From assembly GCA_918290775.1 (NCBI GenBank), contig CAKJZF010000017.1:1-35535 (forward strand): a DNA stretch of 35,535 nucleotides, in the 5' to 3' direction. The position numbers and the translations under genes were made by a program. This DNA comes from Clostridiales bacterium (lineage in GTDB: Bacteria; Bacillota; Clostridia; Oscillospirales; CAG-272). The stretch's first letter is position 1. Every line of letters begins with the position of its first letter. Under the pieces are notes generated by a model. That model worked only from the letters and a program-made list of their open reading frames with translations. It was not told where the DNA came from and did no database searches. Positions 25,576 to 34,391 of this stretch are shown here, piece after piece.

Positions 25576-26472
25576 ATGGAAATCTATACGCATACCGATC
25601 TTGCAAGCGAAAGTGTTTCCGGGGAGGAATCGTCGCTTTCCGGCGTTTTGCAAAGCGAACGCGAGGTTGGCGGCTTCACTGTTCGGAGGATCCGCATTTG
25701 CAGCGAGGGAGCGGCGGAAAAGCTCGGGAAACCGATCGGGGACTATTTTACGCTGGATTGCGGACGCGCGGATCACATGGACGCCGACAGCCGCGAACGG
25801 CTGGCACACGTCCTTTCGGGGGAGTTGCGCGGACTTGCCGAACGATCCTGCGGAAAACCAGCAAACGCTTCACTCACCGTTTTGATCGTCGGACTCGGCA
25901 ACATTGCGCTGACCGCCGACGCCATCGGACCTCTGACGATTCGCCGCCTTACGGCGACCGCGCATCTGAAAACGCTGGAGCCGGAGCTTTACCGCTCGCT
26001 CGGCTGTTCCGCCGTTTTCCTGCTCTCGCCCGGGGTTCTCGGGCAGAGCGGAATGGAAACGGGAGTGCTTGTCCGTGCAGTGGCGGATCGGGTCTTCCCG
26101 GATTTGATCGTTGCCGTTGACGCGCTTGCCGCGCGGGATCTGGAACGCCTCGCCGCAACGATTCAGCTTTCCGACGCGGGCATCGCGCCCGGATCCGGCG
26201 TCGGGAATCGCCGGTGGGCTTTGACAAGGGAGAGCATGGGCGTTCCCGTGCTGGCGCTCGGTGTGCCGACTGTGGTCGGGTCGTCTACGCTTGTTTATGA
26301 TGCCTTGGCACGCGCGGGAATCACGGAGCCGTGCGAGGAGCTACAGGCGGTTTTGGAGAACGGACGTAATTTTTTTGTTTCGCTCAAAGAGAGCGACGAG
26401 GTGACCGAGCATGTCTGTTCCATCCTGTCGCGAGCTCTTTCTTTGGCGTTTTTGGGCGGAATGGAGCTATGA
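25576..26472 (+). CDS. gpr: Germination protease (GPR endopeptidase)
   Basis: TDLA processing site, VGLGN..TADAIGP, PGVLGQSGMET, VDALAAR, IQLSDAGIAPGSGVGN, GVPTVV; upstream of spoIIP. Confidence 0.93.
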   Translation: MEIYTHTDLASESVSGEESSLSGVLQSEREVGGFTVRRIRICSEGAAEKLGKPIGDYFTLDCGRADHMDADSRERLAHVLSGELRGLAERSCGKPANASLTVLIVGLGNIALTADAIGPLTIRRLTATAHLKTLEPELYRSLGCSAVFLLSPGVLGQSGMETGVLVRAVADRVFPDLIVAVDALAARDLERLAATIQLSDAGIAPGSGVGNRRWALTRESMGVPVLALGVPTVVGSSTLVYDALARAGITEPCEELQAVLENGRNFFVSLKESDEVTEHVCSILSRALSLAFLGGMEL

Positions 26473-26474
26473 CC

Positions 26475-26503
26475 GCATAAAACCCGTCCAGATCGCATAG
26501 ATT
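26475..26503 (+). promoter_or_regulatory. Putative sigma-E promoter for spoIIP
   Basis: GCATAAA-14 nt-CATAGATT. Confidence 0.65.
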
Positions 26504-26528
26504 GAAATAAAAACGGAGGATCAAATTC

Positions 26529-27587
26529 ATGGAGAACGACCCAAACAGAGAGTTGCCGCCGCCCGCCGAGCAGGTACGCTTGGAAAAACCGGTCGGGAAG
26601 CCGGTTTTCCGAATGCTTGCGTTTATCGTTTGTTTGGCAGTGCTCGTTGCGGCGTTTGCGGTCAGCGGGTTGTGGTCAAGCCGGGGTGACATCACCGAAA
26701 CGGCTTTGGGCGGGTTGTTCCACCGTCGCCGCGTTTCGGAAACGGAAAGCAATTCGACGGATGACCGTGAGCGATCCGACGAACCGACAACCACCGAAGC
26801 CTCTCCCCGCGAGGACTTGCAGCCGGACGCGCCCAAAACACGTCCAGACGGAGCGATTTCGGTTTTGGCGCAGACGATTCCCGAGGCGGATCACCCGGTT
26901 TTCGACGGAGAACCGTCGGAGTGGCGAACCGAGCTTGACGGGGAGGGTCCCGCTGTGTTGGTCATCGTCACCCGCCCGAGCGAGGCATATCTGCCTGAAT
27001 CCGCGGAGTGGATTGAAGGGGATCCGGGCGATCTGATCTGGTCGGAAGATACGGATCACGGGGTATCGCGGGTTGGGGAAACGTTTTGCCGGGTGTTGAA
27101 TGAAAACGGTATTTCTGCCTTCCTCTGCGCCGATGAAGAACCCTCGGAAAGCGTTTTGGGATCCGGCGCCCGCGCCGCGGAATTGATTGCGAAGATGCTG
27201 GAACTCTACCCCGGCGTCCGCTATGTTGTGGACATCGGTCGCGATGTTGTGACGGACGAGGCGGGGAACTATCTTCGGACTTTGACCGACGGGACAACGG
27301 ACCCGACCGCACAGATCCTCGCCGTGGTGGGAAGCGACCAAAGCGGACTTCCTTGCCCGGCATGGCACGAGAATCTTGCCTTCGCGTGCGCATTCGGCGA
27401 CCTGATGAACCACACGGTTCCAACGTCATTTCGAGGAATCGTACTGCGGGACACCCCTTGTAATCAGCAGATTGCACCGCGTTCACTTTCGCTGAAAGTC
27501 GGATCGGGAGCCAATACGGCGGAGGAAGCGGAAAGAGCCGCCGCACTTGCCGGAAGGGTTTTGGCGCAACTCTTGCTTACATCATAA
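26529..27587 (+). CDS. spoIIP: SpoIIP-family protein with apparently substituted catalytic residues
   Basis: Position after gpr; one TM helix; TxxxEAY, V..VG..L...GI, YP..YVVDIGRD, VVGSD, W..NL.FA, NQ.I..VGS..NT..EA; GGAGG RBS. Confidence 0.82.
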   Translation: MENDPNRELPPPAEQVRLEKPVGKPVFRMLAFIVCLAVLVAAFAVSGLWSSRGDITETALGGLFHRRRVSETESNSTDDRERSDEPTTTEASPREDLQPDAPKTRPDGAISVLAQTIPEADHPVFDGEPSEWRTELDGEGPAVLVIVTRPSEAYLPESAEWIEGDPGDLIWSEDTDHGVSRVGETFCRVLNENGISAFLCADEEPSESVLGSGARAAELIAKMLELYPGVRYVVDIGRDVVTDEAGNYLRTLTDGTTDPTAQILAVVGSDQSGLPCPAWHENLAFACAFGDLMNHTVPTSFRGIVLRDTPCNQQIAPRSLSLKVGSGANTAEEAERAAALAGRVLAQLLLTS

Positions 27588-27589
27588 AG

Positions 27590-27626
27590 AAAGCCCCGCC
27601 GCTGAAGAATCAGCTGCGGGGCTTTT
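27590..27626 (+). terminator. Intrinsic terminator after spoIIP
   Basis: AAAGCCCCGC-C-GCTGA..TCAGC-T-GCGGGGCTTTT. Confidence 0.8.
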
Positions 27627-27652
27627 CTGCAGCTGATTGATTTTACAATATC

Positions 27653-27716
27653 GTTTTTCCAAAAAAAGAATTTTTTTGGAAAAACCATTTACAAATCGGT
27701 TTTTTTGTGGTATAAT
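27653..27716 (+). promoter_or_regulatory. Promoter of the LexA/CI-like gene with an adjacent 15-bp inverted repeat
   Basis: GTTTTTCCAAAAAAA-GAA-TTTTTTTGGAAAAAC (27653-27685), then TTTACA-17 nt-TATAAT (27688-27716) with extended TG. Confidence 0.72.
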
Positions 27717-27746
27717 GATACCGTAACCGGAAAACGGAGGCTTTTT

Positions 27747-28562
27747 ATGGAAACCTACATCGACCGTATTAAAAAGATGAAAGCGGAGCGAAAGCTCACA
27801 AACGATCACCTATCCGAGCTTTCGGGAATCCCGCTCGGGACCTTGAGCAAGCTGATGGCAGGCATGAGCGAATCCCCCAAGCTCTCCAACATCGTTGCGA
27901 TCTGCAACGCGCTGGATTGCTCGGTGGACTATATTGTTACGGGCAACCCGGAAAACACCAACAACTACACACTTTCCAAAGACGAGATCCGCATGATGGA
28001 ACAATACCGCGAACTGGATCGCTGGGGGCGGGAGCTGACCGGCGAAGTCATCGCACGGGAAGCGGAGCGCATAGCGGCAACGAGGGTGGACGGCGACGAA
28101 AAGCCGACGGAAAAAATTGACGCGGGCACCGCACGGATTCTCAAGCCCATCAAAGCGGCGGGGCGGTTTGCCGGCGCCGAACCGCACACGGGGAAGCGCA
28201 CCGTCATGCTCTATGAATTGCCGGTTTCCGCGGGTGTCGGTGTATATTTGGATGACAGCCGTGCGGAACGCGTCAGTATACCGAACAGCGAAAAAACCGC
28301 CGAGGCGGACTATGCCTTGCGCATCAGCGGCAACAGTATGGAGCCGAAGTATCACAACGGAGACGTACTGCTGGTGCAGAATGCAGAGTCGGTTGAAGTC
28401 GGCGAAGCGGGTATTTTTCTTCTGGACGGCAACGGATTCTTCAAGATCTACGGCGGCGACCGCCTGATCTCGCTCAACCCCGAGTACGGTCCCATTCTGC
28501 TCAAGGATTTTGACAATGTCCAGTGCCGGGGGCGCGTGATCGGCAGGTTACGCAGAAAATAA
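27747..28562 (+). CDS. XRE-HTH plus peptidase S24 (LexA/CI-like) repressor
   Basis: HTH LSELSGIPLGTLSKL; cleavage site VSAG; catalytic Ser in ISGNSMEP and Lys in FFKIY; LISLNPEY; ATG 27747 behind GGAGG. Confidence 0.9.
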   Translation: METYIDRIKKMKAERKLTNDHLSELSGIPLGTLSKLMAGMSESPKLSNIVAICNALDCSVDYIVTGNPENTNNYTLSKDEIRMMEQYRELDRWGRELTGEVIAREAERIAATRVDGDEKPTEKIDAGTARILKPIKAAGRFAGAEPHTGKRTVMLYELPVSAGVGVYLDDSRAERVSIPNSEKTAEADYALRISGNSMEPKYHNGDVLLVQNAESVEVGEAGIFLLDGNGFFKIYGGDRLISLNPEYGPILLKDFDNVQCRGRVIGRLRRK

Positions 28563-28567
28563 ACAAC

Positions 28568-28613
28568 AAAAAAGCGGGTGTTTCAAAAGTCGGCGACTTT
28601 TGAAACACCCGCT
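28568..28613. terminator. Perfect 20-bp inverted repeat with the clean U-tract on the minus strand
   Basis: AGCGGGTGTTTCAAAAGTCG-G-CGACTTTTGAAACACCCGCT (28573-28613), preceded by an A-run. Confidence 0.82.
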
Positions 28614-28684
28614 GGCATTTTTTCGGCGGCAAGGGAATGTCGCTGTTTTACCGCCATAAATGGATTCTTCTTTTATTTGCTTTT

Positions 28685-28713
28685 ATCATAACGGATTCGG
28701 TTGGGAATTGCAA
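28685..28713 (-). promoter_or_regulatory. Orphan sigma-A-type promoter pointing left, with no gene downstream
   Basis: Minus strand TTGCAA-17 nt-TATGAT. Confidence 0.5.
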
Positions 28714-28824
28714 GTTCTTTTTGTGGTGAAATGTGGGTGGTGGTGTCAAAAAAAATCGGTTTGCATAGAATGATAGCGAGGAGATTCAACTCACTCGATA
28801 AATCATAAAAGGAGATTTACGGTT

Positions 28825-29679
28825 ATGGCGGAAAACAGATTCCCGAATTTGCCGCGGGAAACGGTTTGCATCGAGACCAACCGCGTGTTGGACTCTTGCC
28901 GCGATCGGGACTGCTTTGAGAATGTTCGGGTCTATCTTTCCGATTACGGAAATGAAGTTCTCGACCGTGCAGGAGCGATCCGCGCCAAAAACGCGGAAAT
29001 TCTTTGGACCAATATCAGCATTGATCCAATCGCGTTTAACCGCGGTTTTTACGCGGTGAATATCCGGTTCTATGTTCGCGTGGAATGCGAGGTTTGCGTC
29101 GGAAAGGGCGGCGGTCACGGAGGACATGGTCAGTCGCAGGAAATTGAGGGGTTGGCGGTGCTGGAAAAGCGCGTGATCCTCTATGGCGGAGAAAACGGAA
29201 CCACCACCTTCCGCAGCAATCAGAGCGACAGCTTCTGCTCGTTTGGCAACGCGGGAGCGGGGAACCGCAACACGCCCACCGCTGTGGTGGAAGTTGTGGA
29301 TCCTGTTTTGCTCGGCGCACGGATCATGGAGCGCCCGGAGCGTCCCTGCGGTTGTTGCTGCTGCCACAACGGAGAGATTCCCGATTCGCTTCTGGAAGGG
29401 CTTCAGGCGCCTGTTATCTTTGACGATGACGATGACCGCAACCGCTTCCTGACGGTTTCTTTGGGCATTTTCTCGGTGGTGCGCCTTGTTCGCCCGGCAC
29501 AATATCTGATTCAGGCTGCCGAATACACGATTCCCGAAAAGGAATGCGTTGAGGCTTCGGAGGACGATCCCTGCCACATCTTCCGGAATATGCCGTTCCC
29601 GATGGGCGAATTTTCGACTCAAGGGTTTCAACCCGAACCCCCGCACCAGGATCGTCATTGCGGGTGCGGAAGCAATTAA
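28825..29679 (+). CDS. Cys-rich hypothetical protein, probable spore coat/exosporium component
   Basis: VCIETNRVLDSCRDRDC, PCGCCCCH, GIFSVVRLVRPAQYLI, CGCG; AAAGGAG RBS; CATAGAAT (28764-28771) resembles a sigma-E/K -10 box. Confidence 0.7.
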   Translation: MAENRFPNLPRETVCIETNRVLDSCRDRDCFENVRVYLSDYGNEVLDRAGAIRAKNAEILWTNISIDPIAFNRGFYAVNIRFYVRVECEVCVGKGGGHGGHGQSQEIEGLAVLEKRVILYGGENGTTTFRSNQSDSFCSFGNAGAGNRNTPTAVVEVVDPVLLGARIMERPERPCGCCCCHNGEIPDSLLEGLQAPVIFDDDDDRNRFLTVSLGIFSVVRLVRPAQYLIQAAEYTIPEKECVEASEDDPCHIFRNMPFPMGEFSTQGFQPEPPHQDRHCGCGSN

Positions 29680-29711
29680 CAACCCGTACTGATCGCTGGT
29701 CCAAACGGCTG

Positions 29712-29762
29712 AAAAAAGAACCATCCCGACCGCATCTTTGCCTTCGGGATGGTTCACTTTTT
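29712..29762. terminator. Bidirectional terminator between the Cys-rich gene and clpX
   Basis: AAAAAAGAACCATCCCGA...TCGGGATGGTTCACTTTTT. Confidence 0.8.
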
Positions 29763-29788
29763 GCGAAAAATACCGCGTTTTTCGCAGA

Positions 29789-31138
29789 TTACGCGTCTTT
29801 TTTCGGAGTTAAAAATTCGTTGGGAAGAACTGGGCTCGGCGGTAGATCGCGGAGCAGTGTGTAGGCGCAGTCACCGGTTCCGCGGATGCATTCCGGCGTA
29901 ATCTCCACCTTTGCAATGTCATGGCGCGAAGGGATTTCATACATCAGCTTGGTCATGGCGTTTTCCAGGATGGCACGCAGACCGCGCGCTCCCGTCCCGC
30001 GTTCGATTGCCAAATCGCCAATCGCCTGCAATGCAGCGTCCGAGAAAGTCAGCTCCACTCCGTCCATGCGGAACAGTTTCTGATACTGTCGAATCAGCGA
30101 GTTTTTCGGCTCGGTCAAAATGCGGACAAGCGCGTCACGATCCAAATCGGAAAGGGGAACAATCACGGGAATCCGTCCGACCATTTCGGGAATCATACCG
30201 AATTTCACGATGTCGTGCGGGATCACGTCCTTGAAAATACCTGTATCTTTCTTTTCGGATTTGGTCAGAATTTCTCCTCCGAACCCGATGGTGGAGTTTC
30301 CTTTGCGCCTCTCAATAACCTGCTCGAGACCTTCAAACGCGCCGCCGCAGATAAAGAGGATGTTTTGCGTGTTGATCTGAATGAATTCTTGGTTCGGGTG
30401 CTTTCTGCCGCCCTGCGGGGGAACGTTGGCAACCGTACCTTCCAGTATTTTCAACAGTGCCTGCTGAACGCCCTCGCCCGAAACGTCGCGCGTGATGGAA
30501 CGGTTTTCGCTTTTGCGGGCGATTTTATCAATCTCATCAATGTAGATGATGCCGCGCTCCGCAAGCTCGATGTCATAATCGGCGGCTTGAATCAGCCGGA
30601 GTAGAATGTTCTCCACGTCCTCGCCGACATATCCCGCTTCGGTCAGTGTGGTTGCGTCCGCGATTGCAAAGGGAACCTTCATGGTGCGCGCCAGCGTTTG
30701 GGCAAGATAGGTTTTGCCGACGCCGGTGGGACCGATCAGAAGGACGTTGCTTTTTTGCAGTTCCACATCGTCGTTCGCGTCGGATTGCTTTTGGCGATGG
30801 TTCGCTCCGCGGCCTTTTTTATCATCGTTGGAGAGAATTCGTTTATAATGGTTGTAGACGGCAACGGAGAGGGCGATTTTTGCCGGCTCCTGACCGATGA
30901 CATATTGATCGAGCGACGCTTTGATCTGTGCAGGACGGGGAAGATTGTCAAGCGTAAACGTTTTCGAGCCGGAAAGTTCTTCTTCGCTTTGCTCAATCAG
31001 GCGATTGCAGTAATCCACGCAGTAATTGCAGATGAATGTGCCTGTGGGAGAAGGAATGAAAAAATCCGCCTGACGTTCGGTTCTTCCGCAAAAGGAGCAA
31101 TGGCGCAGTCCTTTTCCGTTGCTGTTTGTGTTTGCCAT
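29789..31138 (-). CDS. clpX: ATP-dependent Clp protease ATP-binding subunit ClpX
   Basis: Zn finger [54 protein letters not shown] loop, GARGLR. Confidence 0.97.
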   Translation of the reverse strand: MANTNSNGKGLRHCSFCGRTERQADFFIPSPTGTFICNYCVDYCNRLIEQSEEELSGSKTFTLDNLPRPAQIKASLDQYVIGQEPAKIALSVAVYNHYKRILSNDDKKGRGANHRQKQSDANDDVELQKSNVLLIGPTGVGKTYLAQTLARTMKVPFAIADATTLTEAGYVGEDVENILLRLIQAADYDIELAERGIIYIDEIDKIARKSENRSITRDVSGEGVQQALLKILEGTVANVPPQGGRKHPNQEFIQINTQNILFICGGAFEGLEQVIERRKGNSTIGFGGEILTKSEKKDTGIFKDVIPHDIVKFGMIPEMVGRIPVIVPLSDLDRDALVRILTEPKNSLIRQYQKLFRMDGVELTFSDAALQAIGDLAIERGTGARGLRAILENAMTKLMYEIPSRHDIAKVEITPECIRGTGDCAYTLLRDLPPSPVLPNEFLTPKKDA

Positions 31139-31179
31139 GATCGTCCATGACTCCTTTCTGTGAAAACCTGACTGGATAA

Positions 31180-31788
31180 TTATCTGTGGGTCAGAATCTT
31201 GTCGATCAAACCGTACTCCAGTGCTTGCTGTGCCGTCATGAAATGATCGCGGTCGGTATCCTTTTCGATGTCCTCAATCGGCTTTCCCGTATTCCCGGCA
31301 AGAATTTCGTTGAGCGTGCGCTTGATGCGCAGGATCTGTTCCGCCTGAATCTGAATGTCGGTTGCCTGACCCTTTGCGCCGCCGAGCGGCTGATGGATCA
31401 TGATCTCGCTGTGGGGAAGCGCGATGCGCTTGCCCTTGGCGCCCGAGGAGAGCAGAAACGCACCCATGCTCGCCGCCATACCGATGCAGATGGTTGAAAC
31501 ATCGCATTTGATGAAGTTCATGGTGTCGTAAATTGCCATACCGGCGGTCACGGACCCACCGGGGGAGTTGATATAGAAGGAAATATCCTTGTCGGGATCC
31601 TGCGCCTCCAAGAAGAGCATTTGCGCCACGACCAGCGACGCGGTGGTGTCGTTCACCTCATCCGAAAGAAAGACGATGCGGTCATTGAGCAGGCGGGAAA
31701 AAATGTCATAGGAGCGTTCGCCGCGGTTGGTCTGCTCAACCACCATAGGGACGAGGGCGTTTTGGGCGTTGTTTCGAATGTCAAACAT
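31180..31788 (-). CDS. clpP: ATP-dependent Clp protease proteolytic subunit
   Basis: [50 protein letters not shown]; start estimated at 31788. Confidence 0.96.
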   Translation of the reverse strand: MFDIRNNAQNALVPMVVEQTNRGERSYDIFSRLLNDRIVFLSDEVNDTTASLVVAQMLFLEAQDPDKDISFYINSPGGSVTAGMAIYDTMNFIKCDVSTICIGMAASMGAFLLSSGAKGKRIALPHSEIMIHQPLGGAKGQATDIQIQAEQILRIKRTLNEILAGNTGKPIEDIEKDTDRDHFMTAQQALEYGLIDKILTHR

Positions 31789-31869
31789 GAAATGTAGAGT
31801 CCTTTCTTTGAATTTCGTTTGAAAATCGGGAGCCGAAAACAGCAAGACCGTTTCCGACTCCCGACGGGA

Positions 31870-33162
31870 TTACGCTTTGATAACCGCCTGTTCTTTCACG
31901 AGGTCCATAGCCTTCTTGACCTTCATGTCCTCGGCGATTGATTCCTCGGGAACCATTTCGCGCACCTTGTCAGGTTCCATCTGATAGGAGTCGGCGATGC
32001 GCTTGATCTCCTCGTCAATGTCCTTCTTGGTGACCTTGATCTTCTCGAGTTTTGCGATTTTTTCAAGCGCCAAACGGAGTTTGACCTGCTTTTCCGCTTG
32101 CGGGCGGAGCTGCTCGCGGAGCTTTTCAACGGTCATGCCGGTGTATTTGAAGTAGGTGTCGAGATCCAATCCCTGCATCCGCAGACGATTTTCATAGTCG
32201 CGAACGAAGTTGTCGGTTTCTGTGACGAACATCGCCTCGGGAATATCTGCTTTCAGCTTTTCAATCAGCGAATCGAGAATTTGCTCTTCAAATTTGTTGT
32301 CCGCCTCGGTCTCATGTCTCTTTTCGATTTTTGCCTTGACGTCGGCGCGATATTCATCCATCGTGTCAAATTCGGAAACATCCTTGGCAAAATCGTCGTC
32401 CAGCTCGGGAAGTTCGATATGGCGGATCTTATGGATCACGGTTTTGAACACGGCGGCTTTGCCGGCAAGTTCTTTTGCGTGATAGTCCTCAGGGAAGGTG
32501 ACGTTGACGTCAAATTCTTCCTCCGGCTTATGCCCCGCAACCTGCTCTTCAAAGCCGGGAATAAAACTGCCGGATCCGAGCTTAAGCGGATAATCGCTTC
32601 CTTTTCCGCCGTCGAAGGGAACACCGTCAACCGAGCCCTCGTAGTCGATGTTGCAGATGTCGCCCATCACGCTGTTTCCGTCGGTGACTTCGGTCTCGCG
32701 GGCATTTCTTTCGCGCACCGTGTTGATTTCCGTTTCAATTTCCTCGTCGGTCACGGGCGCAACCGTCTTTTCCGCCTCAATTCCGATGTAACCCTCGATC
32801 TTGACGTCGGGTTTTACGGAAACCTTCGCTGAGAAAACCACGCCGTTTTCGGCATCGTCCACGGATACTACGTCAAAGTCGGGGTTGCCGACAACCTGCA
32901 GCTTGCTTGCCTTCAAAGCGTCTTCCCAAGCGGCGGGAAGGACTTCGTTAAAAGCGTCCTCATAGAAAAATCCCTTCCCGTACAGTTTCTCGATCACCGA
33001 CCGGGGCGCTTTACCGCGGCGGAAGCCGGGGATGTTGATTTTGGCGACCTGCTTGTGGTAGGCGTTTGACACCGCTTTTGCAAAGGTCTCCTTGTCAACC
33101 GAGAATTCCAAGGTATAGGAATTCTTTTCGGATTTGGATTTTTCCGATTTCAACAGACTCAT
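31870..33162 (-). CDS. tig: Trigger factor
   Basis: IPGFRRGKAP ribosome-binding motif, FKBP domain LGSGSFIPGFE, VTFPEDYHA, LPELDDDFAK; ATG 33162 behind GGAGG. Confidence 0.97.
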   Translation of the reverse strand: MSLLKSEKSKSEKNSYTLEFSVDKETFAKAVSNAYHKQVAKINIPGFRRGKAPRSVIEKLYGKGFFYEDAFNEVLPAAWEDALKASKLQVVGNPDFDVVSVDDAENGVVFSAKVSVKPDVKIEGYIGIEAEKTVAPVTDEEIETEINTVRERNARETEVTDGNSVMGDICNIDYEGSVDGVPFDGGKGSDYPLKLGSGSFIPGFEEQVAGHKPEEEFDVNVTFPEDYHAKELAGKAAVFKTVIHKIRHIELPELDDDFAKDVSEFDTMDEYRADVKAKIEKRHETEADNKFEEQILDSLIEKLKADIPEAMFVTETDNFVRDYENRLRMQGLDLDTYFKYTGMTVEKLREQLRPQAEKQVKLRLALEKIAKLEKIKVTKKDIDEEIKRIADSYQMEPDKVREMVPEESIAEDMKVKKAMDLVKEQAVIKA

Positions 33163-33199
33163 TTTTACATCCTCCAAAAGTATAATGCATACAAACTAT

Positions 33200-33228
33200 A
33201 TTTTACCTTTTTTTCGCTCGTTTGTCAA
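33200..33228 (-). promoter_or_regulatory. Sigma-A-type promoter for tig-clpP-clpX
   Basis: Minus strand TTGACA-17 nt-TAAAAT. Confidence 0.75.
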
Positions 33229-33281
33229 TCCTTTTTTGCGAAAAAAACAGAACGGTTTTTCAAATTTTCGGCGTTTTTCGG

Positions 33282-34004
33282 TCAGAAAACGCGCAAAGGG
33301 GTAAAATGAAGATAATCGGCGGCGCAAATGACGAAGTCGATTTCCTCAAAGCGCGTTTTCGGCGGGGCGTAATACGCGCCGTGAATATGACCGAAATAGC
33401 AGGTTGAAACCTCGAATTCATGCAGAACATCTACAATCTCGCGGCAAATGAAATTTCCCCAAACCGGCGGAAAATGCAGGAACGGAATGATCTGCAGTCC
33501 GCGCCCGTCCGCGTCCCGCAGACGAACTGCCTCGCCGAGACTCATGCGCAGACGAATCACCTCGCGGTTGACGATTTTTGCGTAGTCAACCTCATCCTTG
33601 GTGTTTTGCTGGGATTCCTCTGTGAACCAGCCGCGCGTCCCGCAGACCACGCACCGATCGGTCAGGTAGGCGTTGTTGTACAGGATATGCAAGGAATCGA
33701 ACCCGTGTGCATTCCAGAAAGAGGTTACTTTGGAGTTGGTGGAAAACCAAAAATCGTGATTTCCTTTTCCGATCAGCTTTATCCCGTTCAGTTCATGAAG
33801 ATAGCGGAAGTCGTCGACGGAATCCTCCAGCCTGAGGCTCCACGAAATGTCACCCGGCAAAACGACCGTATCCTCCGGCGTAACAACGGAATTCCAACCG
33901 TTGCGGAGCTTTTCCATGTGATCCTTCCAGCGTGCGCCGAAAACTTCCATGGATTTGGAGCGATCGGAGGAAAGATGCAGATCCGCGATCACATAAAGCG
34001 ACAT
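33282..34004 (-). CDS. Calcineurin-like metallophosphoesterase
   Basis: IADLHLS, PGDISW, KGNHD, GTRGW, LHFPP, FGHIHG; AAGGAG RBS. Confidence 0.92.
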   Translation of the reverse strand: MSLYVIADLHLSSDRSKSMEVFGARWKDHMEKLRNGWNSVVTPEDTVVLPGDISWSLRLEDSVDDFRYLHELNGIKLIGKGNHDFWFSTNSKVTSFWNAHGFDSLHILYNNAYLTDRCVVCGTRGWFTEESQQNTKDEVDYAKIVNREVIRLRMSLGEAVRLRDADGRGLQIIPFLHFPPVWGNFICREIVDVLHEFEVSTCYFGHIHGAYYAPPKTRFEEIDFVICAADYLHFTPLRVF

Positions 34005-34111
34005 TTTCGGAATTCTCCTTTCATCAGTGAATGAAACGCGATGCGGCGGGGAATGATGAGGATGAGGGCACTGCCTTCAACAACAGATCAAGAGCAAGGG
34101 AGAGAGAAAAC

Positions 34112-34303
34112 ATGGAACCGTATCAGAACCGGCAGGACAAGAAGCATTGCAAGATCGAAGGGATCCGCTGCAACGTCGAAAATTGCTATTACCACAATGA
34201 CAAGACCGATTGCACCGCACATGAAATTTCGGTCGGCCCCGACTGTGCGCATTGCTCGGACGACACCGTTTGCTCCACCTTCAAGCCGAAGGATCAGCAA
34301 TGA
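34112..34303 (+). CDS. DUF1540-family small Cys-rich protein
   Basis: IRCNVENCYYH...CTAHEISVG...TVCSTF; start MEPYQ at 34112. Confidence 0.85.
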   Translation: MEPYQNRQDKKHCKIEGIRCNVENCYYHNDKTDCTAHEISVGPDCAHCSDDTVCSTFKPKDQQ

Positions 34304-34309
34304 TTTTCC

Positions 34310-34355
34310 GGAAAAGGGCGGCACTGCCACGGCGGTGCCGCCCTTTTCCTTTTTT
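34310..34355. terminator. Terminator between DUF1540 and thrC
   Basis: GGAAAAGGGCGGCACTGCC-AC-GGCGGTGCCGCCCTTTTCC followed by a T-run. Confidence 0.85.
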
Positions 34356-34391
34356 ACGGTACTTTTCGCATTTTTACGGTACTTTGCGGCA

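Noticed and set aside
27747-28562. Prophage or ICE suggested by the CI-like repressor
   Set aside because: No integrase, divergent cro, structural genes, att repeats or compositional shift; neighbours are sporulation and housekeeping genes.
15628-28634. Shared 11-mer CGGCGGCAAGG in the permease leader (15628-15638) and the candidate sRNA (28624-28634)
   Set aside because: An 11-nt GC-rich match is expected by chance in 35 kb, and it is same-sense rather than complementary.
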